Below, in pieces: positions 47,113 through 57,229 of a stretch of DNA of 64,000 nucleotides; the first letter of the stretch is position 1, and the number at the start of each line of letters is the position of its first letter. The DNA comes from an uncultured Chloroflexia bacterium (lineage in GTDB: Bacteria > Chloroflexota > Limnocylindria > Limnocylindrales > CSP1-4): NCBI GenBank assembly GCA_963720755.1, contig CAVRGP010000011.1:1-64000 (forward strand), given 5' to 3'. Under the pieces are notes generated by a model. It did no database searches. It saw nothing but the letters and a program-made list of their open reading frames with translations, and had not been told where the DNA came from. The translations under genes and the position numbers were made by a program.

Positions 47113-50100
47113 TCAGCCGACCGGGGCCGCTTCCTGGATCGTCGTGGGGGTCACCGGGTCGACCGGGCTCCACTCCGCCATCGTCGCCTCGAGTCGCTCG
47201 AGGAACGGGCGGGCGCGGAGGCGAACCAGGATCTCGCGGGCTCGCTCCGCCGCGGCGCGGACCTCCGGCTCGCCCGGCCCGAGCAGGGTCGTCATCTCGA
47301 TCGCGCAGAGCGCCTCATCCCAGACGGTCCCGAGGTCGCGCCACAGCCGCAACCCTGAGCGATACAGGTCGAGGGCCTCGCGCGGGCGGCCCTCGAGCGC
47401 GGCGATCCCGGCCTCGATGGTCATCACGTCCGCCTCGATCACCCGACCGCGCCGACCGATGGTTTCGACCGAGGCAAGATCCTGGCGTGCCGCGGCAGCG
47501 TCGCGGGCCAGGACCGAATCGTGGCCGGCTCGCAGGTTGACCTCCACGTGCTTCTGGGTCAGGAGCCGGCCATAGGCATGCGTGCGTGACCTGGCGAGCT
47601 CGTACTGACCAGCCGCAAACGCCTTGCCGGCCATAACGTCGGCGATCGCCGTCGCCTTGACCGTGTCATCGTCGCTCACGGCGACCGCCTCGAGCCGGGC
47701 GACCAGCTCCGCGGTCGCCTCACCGCGGTAGGCCAGGAGGTTGGTCAAGCCCGCCAGCCCCGTGACCCGGTCGAGCGGATCCACCTCGTCGTCGGTCAGT
47801 GTCGACAATTCAGCGGCGATCCAATCCCATTCCCCCAACCGCATGGCCGCGTCCCGAGCATTCTCGAAGAGGTGGAACGACCGGATGCCGAATCGCCGCG
47901 CGATGGCGAGACCGGCGCGTGCCGCCTCGAGCGACGCACGAGGGTCGTGATCGCCCTGAAGGGCGGAGAGGTTGTTGAGGCCGCGATTCTCCGGCATCGG
48001 GAACCCATGCTCGGCGGCCAGCCGCCGGCCGGTCTCGACCGCGCCGATCCCCTCGTACGGTCGACCCAGGTGAGTCAGGGCGGAGCCCCGTGTGATCAGT
48101 GTGTCCGCGACGACCTCGACGAGATCGACCCGCTCAGCCGAAGAGAGGACTCGATCGGCTACGGCGACCGAGCCGGTCAGGTCGCCGTTGAGGAACAAGG
48201 CTCGCGACAGCTGACCGTCGAGCTTGGCGAGGATGGCATCGTCGTCGAGGTCCCTGAATCGCTCCGACGCCTCGGTCAGGAGGGCAAGGGCCGGTTCGAA
48301 GTGGAAGAAGCTCAGCAGCGCCCAGCCGAATCCAGCCGTCGTGCGGGCTTCCGCGCTGCGATCCCCGAGCCCCGCCCACAGCGCGAGTGCTGCTTCGTAG
48401 TGAGACGTGGAAATGCTTACCCGCTGGAGCGAGGCCGCCGAGGCCGCGGCCCGGTCGTGGAGTGATGCCTCGTCGGCGGGATCCGAGGTGATGCTCAGGG
48501 CCTGCTCGCTCAAGGCGATCGCCTGTTCGTGCGCGCCCAGGCCGGCCGCTCGTTCGGCCCCGGCCCGTAGCGCAATCCTGGCCTGTGTCCCGAGCGTCTC
48601 CCGCTCCGGGCCATCGGGAGCGTTCGCGTGCGCCGCCAGGTAGTGCCCCGCCAGCGCACCGGCGAGCTCGTCTGACCCGAGCGACTCGAAGAACCGCGCG
48701 GCCGCAAGGTGTCGAACCTTCCGATCGGACCTCGCGAGAGTCGCATAGGCGACTTCGCGGATGAGGGCCTGGACGAACGCATATTGTCCGCGTTCCGGGG
48801 AGCGCGGGTCGGCCTCGAGTTCGAGGATCTCGCGGCGAACGAGGTCGTGGAGCGCAGGCTCGAGCGTCGCCAGATCGCGGCCGGCGACGGCCGCGACGCC
48901 ATCGACCGTGAAACTCTGGCCGAGCACGGCCGCATCCGAAACGAGCGCCCGTTCGGCGGGGTCGAGCGCATCCAGGCGGGACGCGATCAGGGCCGTGAGC
49001 GTGTCCGGGACGGCCAGCGAGCTGAGGTCGCCGACCGGGCGGTAGGTACCGTCCTCGAGGGTCAGCCGGCCCTCGGCCAGGAGCATCCGAACGGTCTCGA
49101 CCGCGTAGAGCGGGATGCCGTCTGCGCGGTCGACGATCGCCCGAGCGGCGGCCTCCGGCAGGCCGGGGACGAGACCAGCCAGGAGCTCCCGCATCGACGC
49201 GGCGTCCAGGGGTTCGAGGTAGAGCGAGTTGAACGCCCGCTTCCCGACGCCCCAATCGGACCGTCGATCGAGGAGCTCGGGGCGTGCCAGTGTGACCACG
49301 TAGATCGGGACGTTGCGGCTCCACTCCAGGAGATGGTCGACGAAGTCCATGAGCCCGCTATCCGCGAGATGGAAGTCCTCGAAGACCATGACCACGGGCC
49401 CGGTGGCGGCCAGACGCTCGAAGAAGGTCCGCCATGCACCGAAGAGTTGCTCGGATCCGACGCCCGACTCGACGCCCAGCAGGGTGAGCAGGGCCGCCTC
49501 GACCCATCGCCGCTCGTCGGGATCGGGAACGTACGTCGCGACCGTTTCCGCGATCTTCGTCCGGGTCGTGGCCTCTTCGTCGGCCTCGAGCAGGCCGCAG
49601 CGGCCGCGGACCATCTCGCCGAGTGCCCAGAACGTGATCCCGTCGCCGTAGGCCGGGCTGCGCCCGTCGTGCCACGCCACCAATTCGACCAGGCCGTCGA
49701 TGTACTTGAGGAATTCCCATGCCAGGCGCGTCTTGCCGACGCCGGCCGCCCCGATGACGCTGACCAGGCGCGGTCGCTGCTCCCGGCTCGTCGCGTGGTA
49801 GAGGTCTTTCAGCAGGCGCAGTTCGTCCGAGCGTCCGACGAACGGCGCCTCGAGCGCGTCCGAGCGGTTGCGACCGCCCCGCTCGGAGACGACGCGCATA
49901 GCGCGCCACGCCGGGATCGGGCTCGTCTTGCCCTTGAGGACCTGCTCACCCGCGGCCTCGAACGCGATCGCCTTGGACGCGGCTCGCTGGGTCAATTCAC
50001 CGACCAGGACGGCGCCGGTGGGTGCCACGGACTGCAATCGGGAGGCCGTATTCACGAGGTCGCCCGCCACCATCCCCTGGCCGACCGCGTCCAGGGTCAC

Positions 50101-50643
50101 GGCCGCCTCGCCGGTCAGGACCCCGGCCCTCGCCTCGATGGAAGGCCCAAGCGTTCGCACGGCGTCGACCAGTTCCAGTGCGGCCCGGACACCGCGCTCG
50201 GCATCATCCTCCCGGGCGACCGGGGCGCCCCAGACGGCCATGACCGCATCGCCGATGAACTTCTCGACCGTGCCGCCGTAGCGCTCGATGATGTCCCTGG
50301 CAAGTTCGAAGTAGCGGGTCAGCGTCTCGCGGACCTCTTCGGCGTCACGGCCCTCTGCGTAGGTCGTGAACCCGACCAGGTCGGCGAACAGGATCGTGAC
50401 GAGGCGCCGCTCCGCGACCGGCGCCGTCGTCGTCGCGTGGGCAGCCCCGGCCGCCGCGATACGTGGGGCAATGGCGGGAGCCGCCCCGGGGGTCAGCTGG
50501 GTTGCGCATTCACCGCAGAAGCGATCGCCGGGGTCGACCGCGGCGCCGCAATTCGGACAGCTGTTGGCGAGCGGGCTCGCACACCCGACACAGAACTTTC
50601 GTCCCGGCTTGTTCTCGGTGCCGCAATTCGAACAGATCGCCGT
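47113..50643 (-). CDS. Double zinc ribbon-class III cyclase-AAA ATPase-TPR protein (start possibly ACG 50643; TTG 50682 alternative)
   Basis: Four CxxC pairs, ERRLVTILFADLVGFT, KFIGDAVMAVWG, VNTASRLQ, GAAGVGKTRL, GIPLYAVE and TPR-like repeats. Confidence 0.92.
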   Translation of the reverse strand, partial: TAICSNCGTENKPGRKFCVGCASPLANSCPNCGAAVDPGDRFCGECATQLTPGAAPAIAPRIAAAGAAHATTTAPVAERRLVTILFADLVGFTTYAEGRDAEEVRETLTRYFELARDIIERYGGTVEKFIGDAVMAVWGAPVAREDDAERGVRAALELVDAVRTLGPSIEARAGVLTGEAAVTLDAVGQGMVAGDLVNTASRLQSVAPTGAVLVGELTQRAASKAIAFEAAGEQVLKGKTSPIPAWRAMRVVSERGGRNRSDALEAPFVGRSDELRLLKDLYHATSREQRPRLVSVIGAAGVGKTRLAWEFLKYIDGLVELVAWHDGRSPAYGDGITFWALGEMVRGRCGLLEADEEATTRTKIAETVATYVPDPDERRWVEAALLTLLGVESGVGSEQLFGAWRTFFERLAATGPVVMVFEDFHLADSGLMDFVDHLLEWSRNVPIYVVTLARPELLDRRSDWGVGKRAFNSLYLEPLDAASMRELLAGLVPGLPEAAARAIVDRADGIPLYAVETVRMLLAEGRLTLEDGTYRPVGDLSSLAVPDTLTALIASRLDALDPAERALVSDAAVLGQSFTVDGVAAVAGRDLATLEPALHDLVRREILELEADPRSPERGQYAFVQALIREVAYATLARSDRKVRHLAAARFFESLGSDELAGALAGHYLAAHANAPDGPERETLGTQARIALRAGAERAAGLGAHEQAIALSEQALSITSDPADEASLHDRAAASAASLQRVSISTSHYEAALALWAGLGDRSAEARTTAGFGWALLSFFHFEPALALLTEASERFRDLDDDAILAKLDGQLSRALFLNGDLTGSVAVADRVLSSAERVDLVEVVADTLITRGSALTHLGRPYEGIGAVETGRRLAAEHGFPMPENRGLNNLSALQGDHDPRASLEAARAGLAIARRFGIRSFHLFENARDAAMRLGEWDWIAAELSTLTDDEVDPLDRVTGLAGLTNLLAYRGEATAELVARLEAVAVSDDDTVKATAIADVMAGKAFAAGQYELARSRTHAYGRLLTQKHVEVNLRAGHDSVLARDAAAARQDLASVETIGRRGRVIEADVMTIEAGIAALEGRPREALDLYRSGLRLWRDLGTVWDEALCAIEMTTLLGPGEPEVRAAAERAREILVRLRARPFLERLEATMAEWSPVDPVTPTTIQEAAPVG

Positions 50644-50736
50644 GGCCGAACCCTCCTGATGGTCGAAGCGTAGCGTAGCCAAAGGCCTTCCCCCGCGTCC
50701 ACGCTACTGTGTCGGCGACAGGGAGGGCTAGCCACG
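50641..50736. promoter_or_regulatory. Symmetric divergent promoter/RBS region (imperfect inverted repeat)
   Basis: Each strand reads ACGCTAC..TCG..CAGG(G)AGGG..GCCACG, containing a -10-like hexamer, an SD and an in-frame ACG. Confidence 0.55.
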
Positions 50737-50793
50737 ACCGAGACCGATCCGGATCATCTCCCAGCACTCGGCCGGCGGAACGACCGTCTGCTG

Positions 50794-51717
50794 ATGGTCG
50801 CCATGCTCGGCTACGCGCTGTTGGTCGTCGTGATCATGTTCGAGCGCGGGCTGGCGCTCACGCCGGATGTCCTGGCGGTGGCGTTCGGCCTGTCGGCGGT
50901 CATCCTCGGTCGGGGCCGGCTCTTCCTCCGGGACTGGATCCCGTTCATCGCCCTGCTCCTCGCCTACGAGTTGATGCGCGGGATCGCCGACGACACGGGG
51001 TTGTCCGTCCACGTGCAGGACATGGCCATCGCCGAGCGCCTCCTGACCTTCGGAGCGCTCCCGACCCACATCCTCCAGTCCGCCCTTCGCCCGGCTACCG
51101 GGACGGACCCATTCGCCATCCTCGCGACCACCGTGTACATGCTCCACTTCGCATTGCCGCTGGCGACCGGCTACGTGCTGTGGGTCTGGCGCCGCCCGCA
51201 GTTCTACGATTTCGTGGCCGGTCTCATCGTCCTGAGCCTGGCCGGGTTCGTGACCTACCTGCTCATCCCCGCGGCGCCGCCGTGGTACGTCGCGCGGGCC
51301 GGCGGGCTGGCCGGGCCGGACGGCGCCCCCCTGATCGAGTACCTCAAACCCGCGGCCTTCGAGGAGATCGCGAGAGCGCTCGGGTTCGACGGCAAGTACC
51401 TGTATTCGATGGCGTTCGGGAGCGTGAACCCGAACCTGGTGGCGGCGTTCCCGTCACTCCATGTCGCCTATCCGTTCCTGACCTTCCTGGCCCTGCGTCG
51501 AGCGTTCGGACGGGTCGGTTGGCTGGCCTTCGGGTACGCCGTCCTGGTGGCCTTCTCAGTGATCTACACGGGCGATCACTGGCTGATCGACGTCATCGCC
51601 GGGATGGCCTACGCGTACGTGGCCTTCTATCTCGTCGTGGACTCCCCGCCGTGGCTTCGGGCTCGGATCGACCGGGCCTGGTCGACGGTCAGCTCATTCA
51701 GGCCGCGGCGGCGATGA
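50794..51717 (+). CDS. PAP2 superfamily membrane protein (inositol phosphorylceramide synthase/AUR1-like)
   Basis: PAAPPW, AAFPSLH, GDHWLIDVIAG. May start at ACG 50734. Confidence 0.88.
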   Translation: MVAMLGYALLVVVIMFERGLALTPDVLAVAFGLSAVILGRGRLFLRDWIPFIALLLAYELMRGIADDTGLSVHVQDMAIAERLLTFGALPTHILQSALRPATGTDPFAILATTVYMLHFALPLATGYVLWVWRRPQFYDFVAGLIVLSLAGFVTYLLIPAAPPWYVARAGGLAGPDGAPLIEYLKPAAFEEIARALGFDGKYLYSMAFGSVNPNLVAAFPSLHVAYPFLTFLALRRAFGRVGWLAFGYAVLVAFSVIYTGDHWLIDVIAGMAYAYVAFYLVVDSPPWLRARIDRAWSTVSSFRPRRR

Positions 51718-51961
51718 GCTCCGCGAGGACCTCGTCCGAGGGTTCCATCGCGAGGGTCCCGTCGGGGGTCACGACGACCGGCGTGGAGCGGAACCCGGCA
51801 TCGTGGAGTCGGTCCCGGATCGCCATGTCCCGGTCGAGCCGGACGTAGCGGAACGCCCGTCCGGCGGCAACGAACCGAGCGCGTGCTCGAGTCGTGTCCT
51901 CGCAGGTGTCGAGGCCGTAGATGACGGTGACCGTGGGATCCCGGAAGTCGTCGTTGCTCAC
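51698..51961 (-). CDS. Glutaredoxin-like protein (CxxT)
   Basis: IYGLDTCEDT, STPVVV.PDG...MEPS. Confidence 0.75.
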   Translation of the reverse strand: MSNDDFRDPTVTVIYGLDTCEDTTRARARFVAAGRAFRYVRLDRDMAIRDRLHDAGFRSTPVVVTPDGTLAMEPSDEVLAELIAAAA

Positions 51962-51977
51962 GGGGTCCAGTCTGGCA

Positions 51978-52655
51978 TCAGGCGAGGCTGAACGTCAGCT
52001 GGATGCTGTCCCAGTTGAGGATCAGGTCGCCGATCCCGACGGCCACCAGGAGGAGCCCGCTGACGATCTCGATCGCCCGGTGGTGACTGGTGATGAACCG
52101 GACGACCTGGACGCGCCGGGCGCCGGCCAGCAGCGACAGGAGGACCAGCGGCAGCCCGAACCCGAGGCCATAGGCGAGGAAGGTGAGGATCCGCGGGAGT
52201 GTCTCGGTCAGGCCGACCGAATAGGCGATGAGCGAGATGGCGAAGACGCCCGCGCATGGCAGCGCGAGTGGGCCGAGCATCACGCCATACAGGTAGGCCT
52301 GGCCGAACGGGTTGGCCACGATCGGGACGGTCGTCCCCGGCAGGCGCTCGAACGGGTTGCGACCGGACAGGAGGAGCAGTCCCAGCGCGATCAGCACGAA
52401 GTCCACCGCCGGGATGAGGAAGGCCAGGAGCGACCCGATCGGGACGGCCACGATGACGAGGACGACCGCGACCGCGAGCATCGTGGTCAGGACACCACCC
52501 AGGATGATCAGACCGAGGAACCCGGTCCCGCGCCGACCGGCGAGCGCCCCCGTGTTGGCCGACAGGTAGGCGAGGAAGCTTGGGTAGAGCGGGAGCAGGC
52601 ACGGGCTGGCGGCACTGGCGAGCCCCAGCGAGAACGCCAGCCAGAGACCCTCCAG
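51978..52655 (-). CDS. ccdA: CcdA/DsbD-type transmembrane thiol-disulfide transporter (start probably CTG)
   Basis: The frame of ORF 51978..52481 extends upstream through AFSLGLASAASPCLLPLYP, with the second Cys in ALPC and AYGLGFGLP. No ATG/GTG/TTG precedes the first Cys. Confidence 0.85.
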   Translation of the reverse strand: MEGLWLAFSLGLASAASPCLLPLYPSFLAYLSANTGALAGRRGTGFLGLIILGGVLTTMLAVAVVLVIVAVPIGSLLAFLIPAVDFVLIALGLLLLSGRNPFERLPGTTVPIVANPFGQAYLYGVMLGPLALPCAGVFAISLIAYSVGLTETLPRILTFLAYGLGFGLPLVLLSLLAGARRVQVVRFITSHHRAIEIVSGLLLVAVGIGDLILNWDSIQLTFSLA

Positions 52656-52657
52656 GT

Positions 52658-53348
52658 CTAGGCTCCGTTCGCCTGGGCGAGGCTGACGATGTCGCCGACG
52701 CTCTTGCGTCCAAAGTCGGTCAGGGTCACTTTGCCGTCCGTCCCGATCACCACGATCGGCGTCGACGGCGGGTTGAGCACCTGGTCGCCGAACTCGGCGG
52801 CAAGCGCACGGGCGACCTTCGCGCCGGCGACGGCGTACTGGCCGGGGAAGCTATTGCTCTTGCGGTACCGGGCGAGACTGGTCGCGTCCTCACTCGGATC
52901 GATATCGAGGACGACGTAGCTGACCGAATCGGCCGGAAGCTGTCCGAGCGCCGAACGGACGTCGCCCTGCTGGGCGCGGCATGTGGGGCACCAGATGGCC
53001 ATCGTCTCGATGATGATGACCTTGCCGGCTTGGTCGGCGATCCGGAAGCTCTCGCCGGTCGTCACGTCGACGAGCTCGGCCGTTGCCCACGCCTGGTCCA
53101 GGATCGGAGCGAGGCCGACGGAATGGCTGGCCATCGCGGTCGCGGTCGCGGTCGCGCGCCGTCCCGGCCGGGGTCGTCGCCGGGGAGGCCGATGCCGCAT
53201 CCGCCGACGGGGCGGCGCTCATGGCCGCAGGTGACGGCTCCCCGGTCGCTGCTTGTCCGGCGCCTGTGCACGCTGACAGGGCGAGCGACAGGGCGGCGAC
53301 GGTCACGGCCAGGCCGGCCAGGCCGGCCAGTCGGTGATGGTCGGTCAT
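52658..53348 (-). CDS. TlpA-like thioredoxin lipoprotein, frameshifted near 53155-53160
   Basis: Lipoprotein leader (LSAC) is in one frame; GKVIIIETMAIWCPTC and PPSTP are in another. Confidence 0.8.
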
Positions 53349-53469
53349 GAGTTCCTCTTTTCGATGGGTGGCCCAGCATGACGGATCCACGTGACGTTCC
53401 CGTGACCGGTCGCTCCGCTGGTACCGTGACCGAAACGCGAACCATTCGGGGCATCGAAGGGAGGTCGTC

Positions 53470-53883
53470 ATGACGGAGTACTCGGGGACCGGGACCAGGG
53501 AAGACCCGTGGATGCTCAAGACACCGCCGGGCACGTCCGACTATCAGATGTACCTCGATGAGGCCGCGGACCCGCCGGTGATCGTGTGCCAGGTCGGTGG
53601 CACGCAGCTCAAGTACGACCGGCGCGCGATCGACGACCTCCACGCGATGCTCAAGGCCCACGGCGACTGGATGCCCCTCGGCGGGGCGGATGAGCAGAAG
53701 ACCCCGCAGGAGGGCACGGTCGAGGCGTGGGGTCGGTCGGCCGACAACCCGATCGGCGGCTGGTATGGCACGAAGAAGGGTCTTCGTGGCCGGTTCGGCG
53801 TGTACATGCCGCCGTTGCTCGAGGCGCTCGGGCTCGCCGAGGTCACCCACGACCCGAAGAACAACCGGATGCGGGCCCGCTAG
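53470..53883 (+). CDS. Conserved hypothetical protein (possibly DUF6855)
   Basis: SD GGGAGG. DPW.LKTPPG.S.Y.M, GTVEAWGRS.DNP.GGWYG.KKG.RGRFG. The DUF number is from memory. Confidence 0.7.
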   Translation: MTEYSGTGTREDPWMLKTPPGTSDYQMYLDEAADPPVIVCQVGGTQLKYDRRAIDDLHAMLKAHGDWMPLGGADEQKTPQEGTVEAWGRSADNPIGGWYGTKKGLRGRFGVYMPPLLEALGLAEVTHDPKNNRMRAR

Positions 53884-53898
53884 GCCCGGTCCGGCGCG

Positions 53899-54609
53899 TT
53901 ATCCGGGTACGGCCGTCGCGGCCGCCGCGAACGAGGCCATGTCCGGGAAGGTCGCGTCCGGCGTGGCCTGCGCCGGCGGGGTCGCCCCAGACCCCGGCCG
54001 TCCCTGGCGCCGGTCGATCCAGACGGTGGTCAGCCCCAGGCGCTTGGCCGTCACGTGGTCGTGGAACAGGCTCTGGGCGACGTGGAGGATCCGGTCCCGG
54101 GGTACCCCGATGCGCTCGAAGGCGACCTCGAAACCACGCTCGTTCGGCTTGTACGCGCCGACCTGCTGTGCCGTCACCACCCAGTCGAAGTCGGTCTGCA
54201 GACGGGTCGCCGATCGGGCGAACAGGTCGTCGTCGCAGTTGGTGATGACGCCCAGGCGGAAGCGCGACTGGAGCCGCCGGAGGGCCGCCGTCGAGTCTGG
54301 GAAGGCCGGCCACCGACCCACGGAGTCGGAGAACCCATTCACCTCGGCCGGGGTCGGGACCACGCCGAACCTCGCCGCCACGCCCAGGAGCGCGAATGCA
54401 AGGATGTCTCGATAGCGCAGGTACGGCCCGGCTTCCGCCCGTGCCTCCAGCGTGGCGTACTCCTCGAGCAGCCGGTCGTCGGTCGCCTCGATCCCGCGCG
54501 GCGCCAGGACTGCCTGGAGTCCGGCGAGGATCCCGGCCTCCCAATCGATGAGCGTCCCGTAGCAATCGAAGGTGATGGCGTCGAATCGCCTGTAGTCGAG
54601 GCCTGTCAT
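53899..54609 (-). CDS. HAD-superfamily hydrolase (haloacid dehalogenase type II)
   Basis: [29 protein letters not shown]. Confidence 0.92.
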   Translation of the reverse strand: MTGLDYRRFDAITFDCYGTLIDWEAGILAGLQAVLAPRGIEATDDRLLEEYATLEARAEAGPYLRYRDILAFALLGVAARFGVVPTPAEVNGFSDSVGRWPAFPDSTAALRRLQSRFRLGVITNCDDDLFARSATRLQTDFDWVVTAQQVGAYKPNERGFEVAFERIGVPRDRILHVAQSLFHDHVTAKRLGLTTVWIDRRQGRPGSGATPPAQATPDATFPDMASFAAAATAVPG

Positions 54610-54667
54610 CGGCCTATCTTGCCGAAAGCCGACCGGCGGTGCACGGACGCTGCTAGCATCCGGGCTG

Positions 54668-56344
54668 ATGGCAGCGAAGCGCTATGACTTCATCATCGTC
54701 GGTGGTGGCTCAGCCGGCTGTGTGCTCGCCAACCGGCTGTCGGTCGATCCGGGGACGCAGGTGCTCGTCATCGAGGCCGGGCGGCCGGACTATCGCTTCG
54801 ATGTCTTCATCCACATGCCGGCGGCGTTGACCTTCCCGATCGGCAGTCCCTACTACGACTGGCAATACGAGTCCGAACCGGAGCCGTTCATGGGCGGTCG
54901 CCGGATCTACCACGCCCGGGGCAAGGTCCTCGGTGGCTCGTCGAGCATCAACGGCCAGATCTTCCAGCGCGGCAATCCGCTCGATTACGAGCGCTGGGCG
55001 GCCGATGCGGGCATGGGGTCGTGGGACTACGCCCACTGCCTGCCCTACTTCAAGAAGATGGAGACGTGCCTCGCCGCGGCCCCGGACGACCCCTGGCGCG
55101 GACATGACGGCCCGCTGATCCTCGAGCGCGGCCCGGCGACCAACCCGTTGTTCACCGCCTTCTTCGCTGCCTGCCAGGAGGCCGGCTACCACCTGACCGA
55201 GGACGTCAATGGGTACCGGCAGGAGGGCTTCGCCCCGTTCGACCGGAACATCCACAACGGCCGCCGACTGTCCGCATCGCAGGCCTACCTGCGTCCCGTT
55301 CGCGGTCGCAAGAACCTCACGGTCCGGACGCGAACCTTCGTCAGCGGCGTCGTCTTCGACGGCAGGCGGGCGGTCGCCGTCGACATCGAGCGACGCGGTG
55401 GCGGGACCGAGCGGATCGAGGGCGGCGAGATCATCCTGGCGGGTGGTGCGATCAACTCCCCCCAGCTCCTGCAGTTGTCGGGGGTCGGGGCTGCGGCGGA
55501 CCTCGCGACCCTCGGCATCCCGGTCGTGGCCGACCTGGCCGGTGTCGGGGCCAACCTGCAGGACCACCTCGAGGTCTACATCCAGTACAAGTCGCTCCAA
55601 CCGGTGTCCATGCAACCGACGGCGACCCAGAAGTGGCGCCGGCCGTTCATCGGCGCGGAGTGGCTGTTCCTGCGCCGTGGTCCGGGGGCCACCAACCATT
55701 TCGAAGGCGGCGGTTTCGCTCGCTCGAATGACCAGGTCGCCTATCCGAACCTGATGTTCCACTTCCTGCCGCTCGCGATCCGCTACGACGGGAGCGCCGG
55801 ATCCGCGGGCCACGGCTATCAGGTGCACGTCGGGCCGATGTACTCGGACGCTCGCGGCACGGTCTCACTCAAGACGACCGACCCGCACGACCATCCCGCG
55901 CTCCGTTTCAACTACCTGTCGACCGAGCAGGATCGCCAGGAGTGGGTCGAGGCCGTCAGGGTCGCCCGGCGGATCCTGAACCAGCCCGCCCTCGAGTCGT
56001 TCAACGGGGGCGAAACCTCGCCCGGAGCTTCCGTGACGACCGACGACGAGATCCGCGACTGGGTCGCACGCGATGGCGAGACCGCGTTGCACCCCTCGTG
56101 CACGGCGCGGATGGGCGTCGATGGCGACTCGGTCCTCGACCCGACCACGATGCGGGTCCACGGCGTGGATGGTCTGCGCGTGGTCGATGCCTCTGCGATG
56201 CCGTACGTGACCAACGGCAACATCTACGCGCCGGTGATGATGCTCGCGGAGAAGGCCGCTGACCTGATCCTGGGGAATACGCCGCTGCCGCCGCAGGACA
56301 CACCCTTCTACCGGCACGGTCAGGCCGACCCGACGGCCAGGTGA
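54668..56344 (+). CDS. betA: Choline dehydrogenase (GMC oxidoreductase)
   Basis: [56 protein letters not shown]. Confidence 0.92.
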   Translation: MAAKRYDFIIVGGGSAGCVLANRLSVDPGTQVLVIEAGRPDYRFDVFIHMPAALTFPIGSPYYDWQYESEPEPFMGGRRIYHARGKVLGGSSSINGQIFQRGNPLDYERWAADAGMGSWDYAHCLPYFKKMETCLAAAPDDPWRGHDGPLILERGPATNPLFTAFFAACQEAGYHLTEDVNGYRQEGFAPFDRNIHNGRRLSASQAYLRPVRGRKNLTVRTRTFVSGVVFDGRRAVAVDIERRGGGTERIEGGEIILAGGAINSPQLLQLSGVGAAADLATLGIPVVADLAGVGANLQDHLEVYIQYKSLQPVSMQPTATQKWRRPFIGAEWLFLRRGPGATNHFEGGGFARSNDQVAYPNLMFHFLPLAIRYDGSAGSAGHGYQVHVGPMYSDARGTVSLKTTDPHDHPALRFNYLSTEQDRQEWVEAVRVARRILNQPALESFNGGETSPGASVTTDDEIRDWVARDGETALHPSCTARMGVDGDSVLDPTTMRVHGVDGLRVVDASAMPYVTNGNIYAPVMMLAEKAADLILGNTPLPPQDTPFYRHGQADPTAR

Positions 56345-57144
56345 GCGCGACGCAGTCCGACACGCGCCAGATCGACCAGATCGTCCGCCTCGTGCGCGCC
56401 GTCCTCGGCGCCGATGCGATCGGGGCGTACCTCCACGGTTCGACCGCCCGAGGCGAACTCCGGCCGCACAGCGATATCGATGTCCTCGTCGCGTCGGCGC
56501 GCCCGACGACGCCGCAGGAGAAGCGGACCCTGATCGATCGTCTCCTACGGATGTCTGGGCGCGGAGATCCGAGCGGGCGCGCCCGATCGATCGAACTGAC
56601 CATCGTCGTCGACGCCGAGATCCGGCCCTGGCACTACCCACCGCGCTTCGATTTCCTGTACGGCGACTGGCTGCGGCCCGACTTCGAGGCCGGAAAGCTG
56701 ACGCCGTGGGAGACGCCGAACCCGGATCTGGCGCCCATCATCACGATGGCTCGCCTCGGCGACCGGGCGGTCTTCGGCCCACCGCCGGCGACCTATTTCG
56801 ATCCGGTCCCGCGGGCCGATCTCGACCGGGCGATCGTGGCCGGGATCCCGGGTCTGCTCGACGACCTCGACTCCGATACCGCCAACGTCAGCCTGACCTT
56901 CGCCCGGATCTGGGTGACCCTCGCAACCGGCGAGATCCGATCCAAGGATGCCGCCGCCGAGTGGGTCCTCGATCGACTGCCGGAAGAGCATCGGCCGGTC
57001 CTGATCCGTGCTCGGGCCGTCTATCTCGGTGACGAGGACGACCGCTGGGACGACCTGCGCGCCGAGGCCCGGTCGTTCGCCGAGTACGTCATCGGCGAGA
57101 TCGAATGGCTCTCGACGGACGAATCGCCTCGGGCCGGCACGTGA
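56341..57144 (+). CDS. AadA/ANT(9)-family aminoglycoside nucleotidyltransferase-like protein
   Basis: [30 protein letters not shown]...YGDWLR, NV.LTFARIW.T..TGEI.SKDAAA.W. Confidence 0.88.
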   Translation: MSATQSDTRQIDQIVRLVRAVLGADAIGAYLHGSTARGELRPHSDIDVLVASARPTTPQEKRTLIDRLLRMSGRGDPSGRARSIELTIVVDAEIRPWHYPPRFDFLYGDWLRPDFEAGKLTPWETPNPDLAPIITMARLGDRAVFGPPPATYFDPVPRADLDRAIVAGIPGLLDDLDSDTANVSLTFARIWVTLATGEIRSKDAAAEWVLDRLPEEHRPVLIRARAVYLGDEDDRWDDLRAEARSFAEYVIGEIEWLSTDESPRAGT

Positions 57145-57229
57145 CCAGATCGCCTCGCCGCTTGACCGGGATGCCGATCGGCAGGGAACATCCGCGCACT
57201 AGGTCAGCGCTTGCCCAGGAGGACAGACC

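Noticed and set aside
53395-53435. Direct repeat CCGTGACCG upstream of the TlpA gene as an ECF promoter or operator
   Set aside because: Short, GC-rich and with unconvincing spacing to a -10; could be chance.
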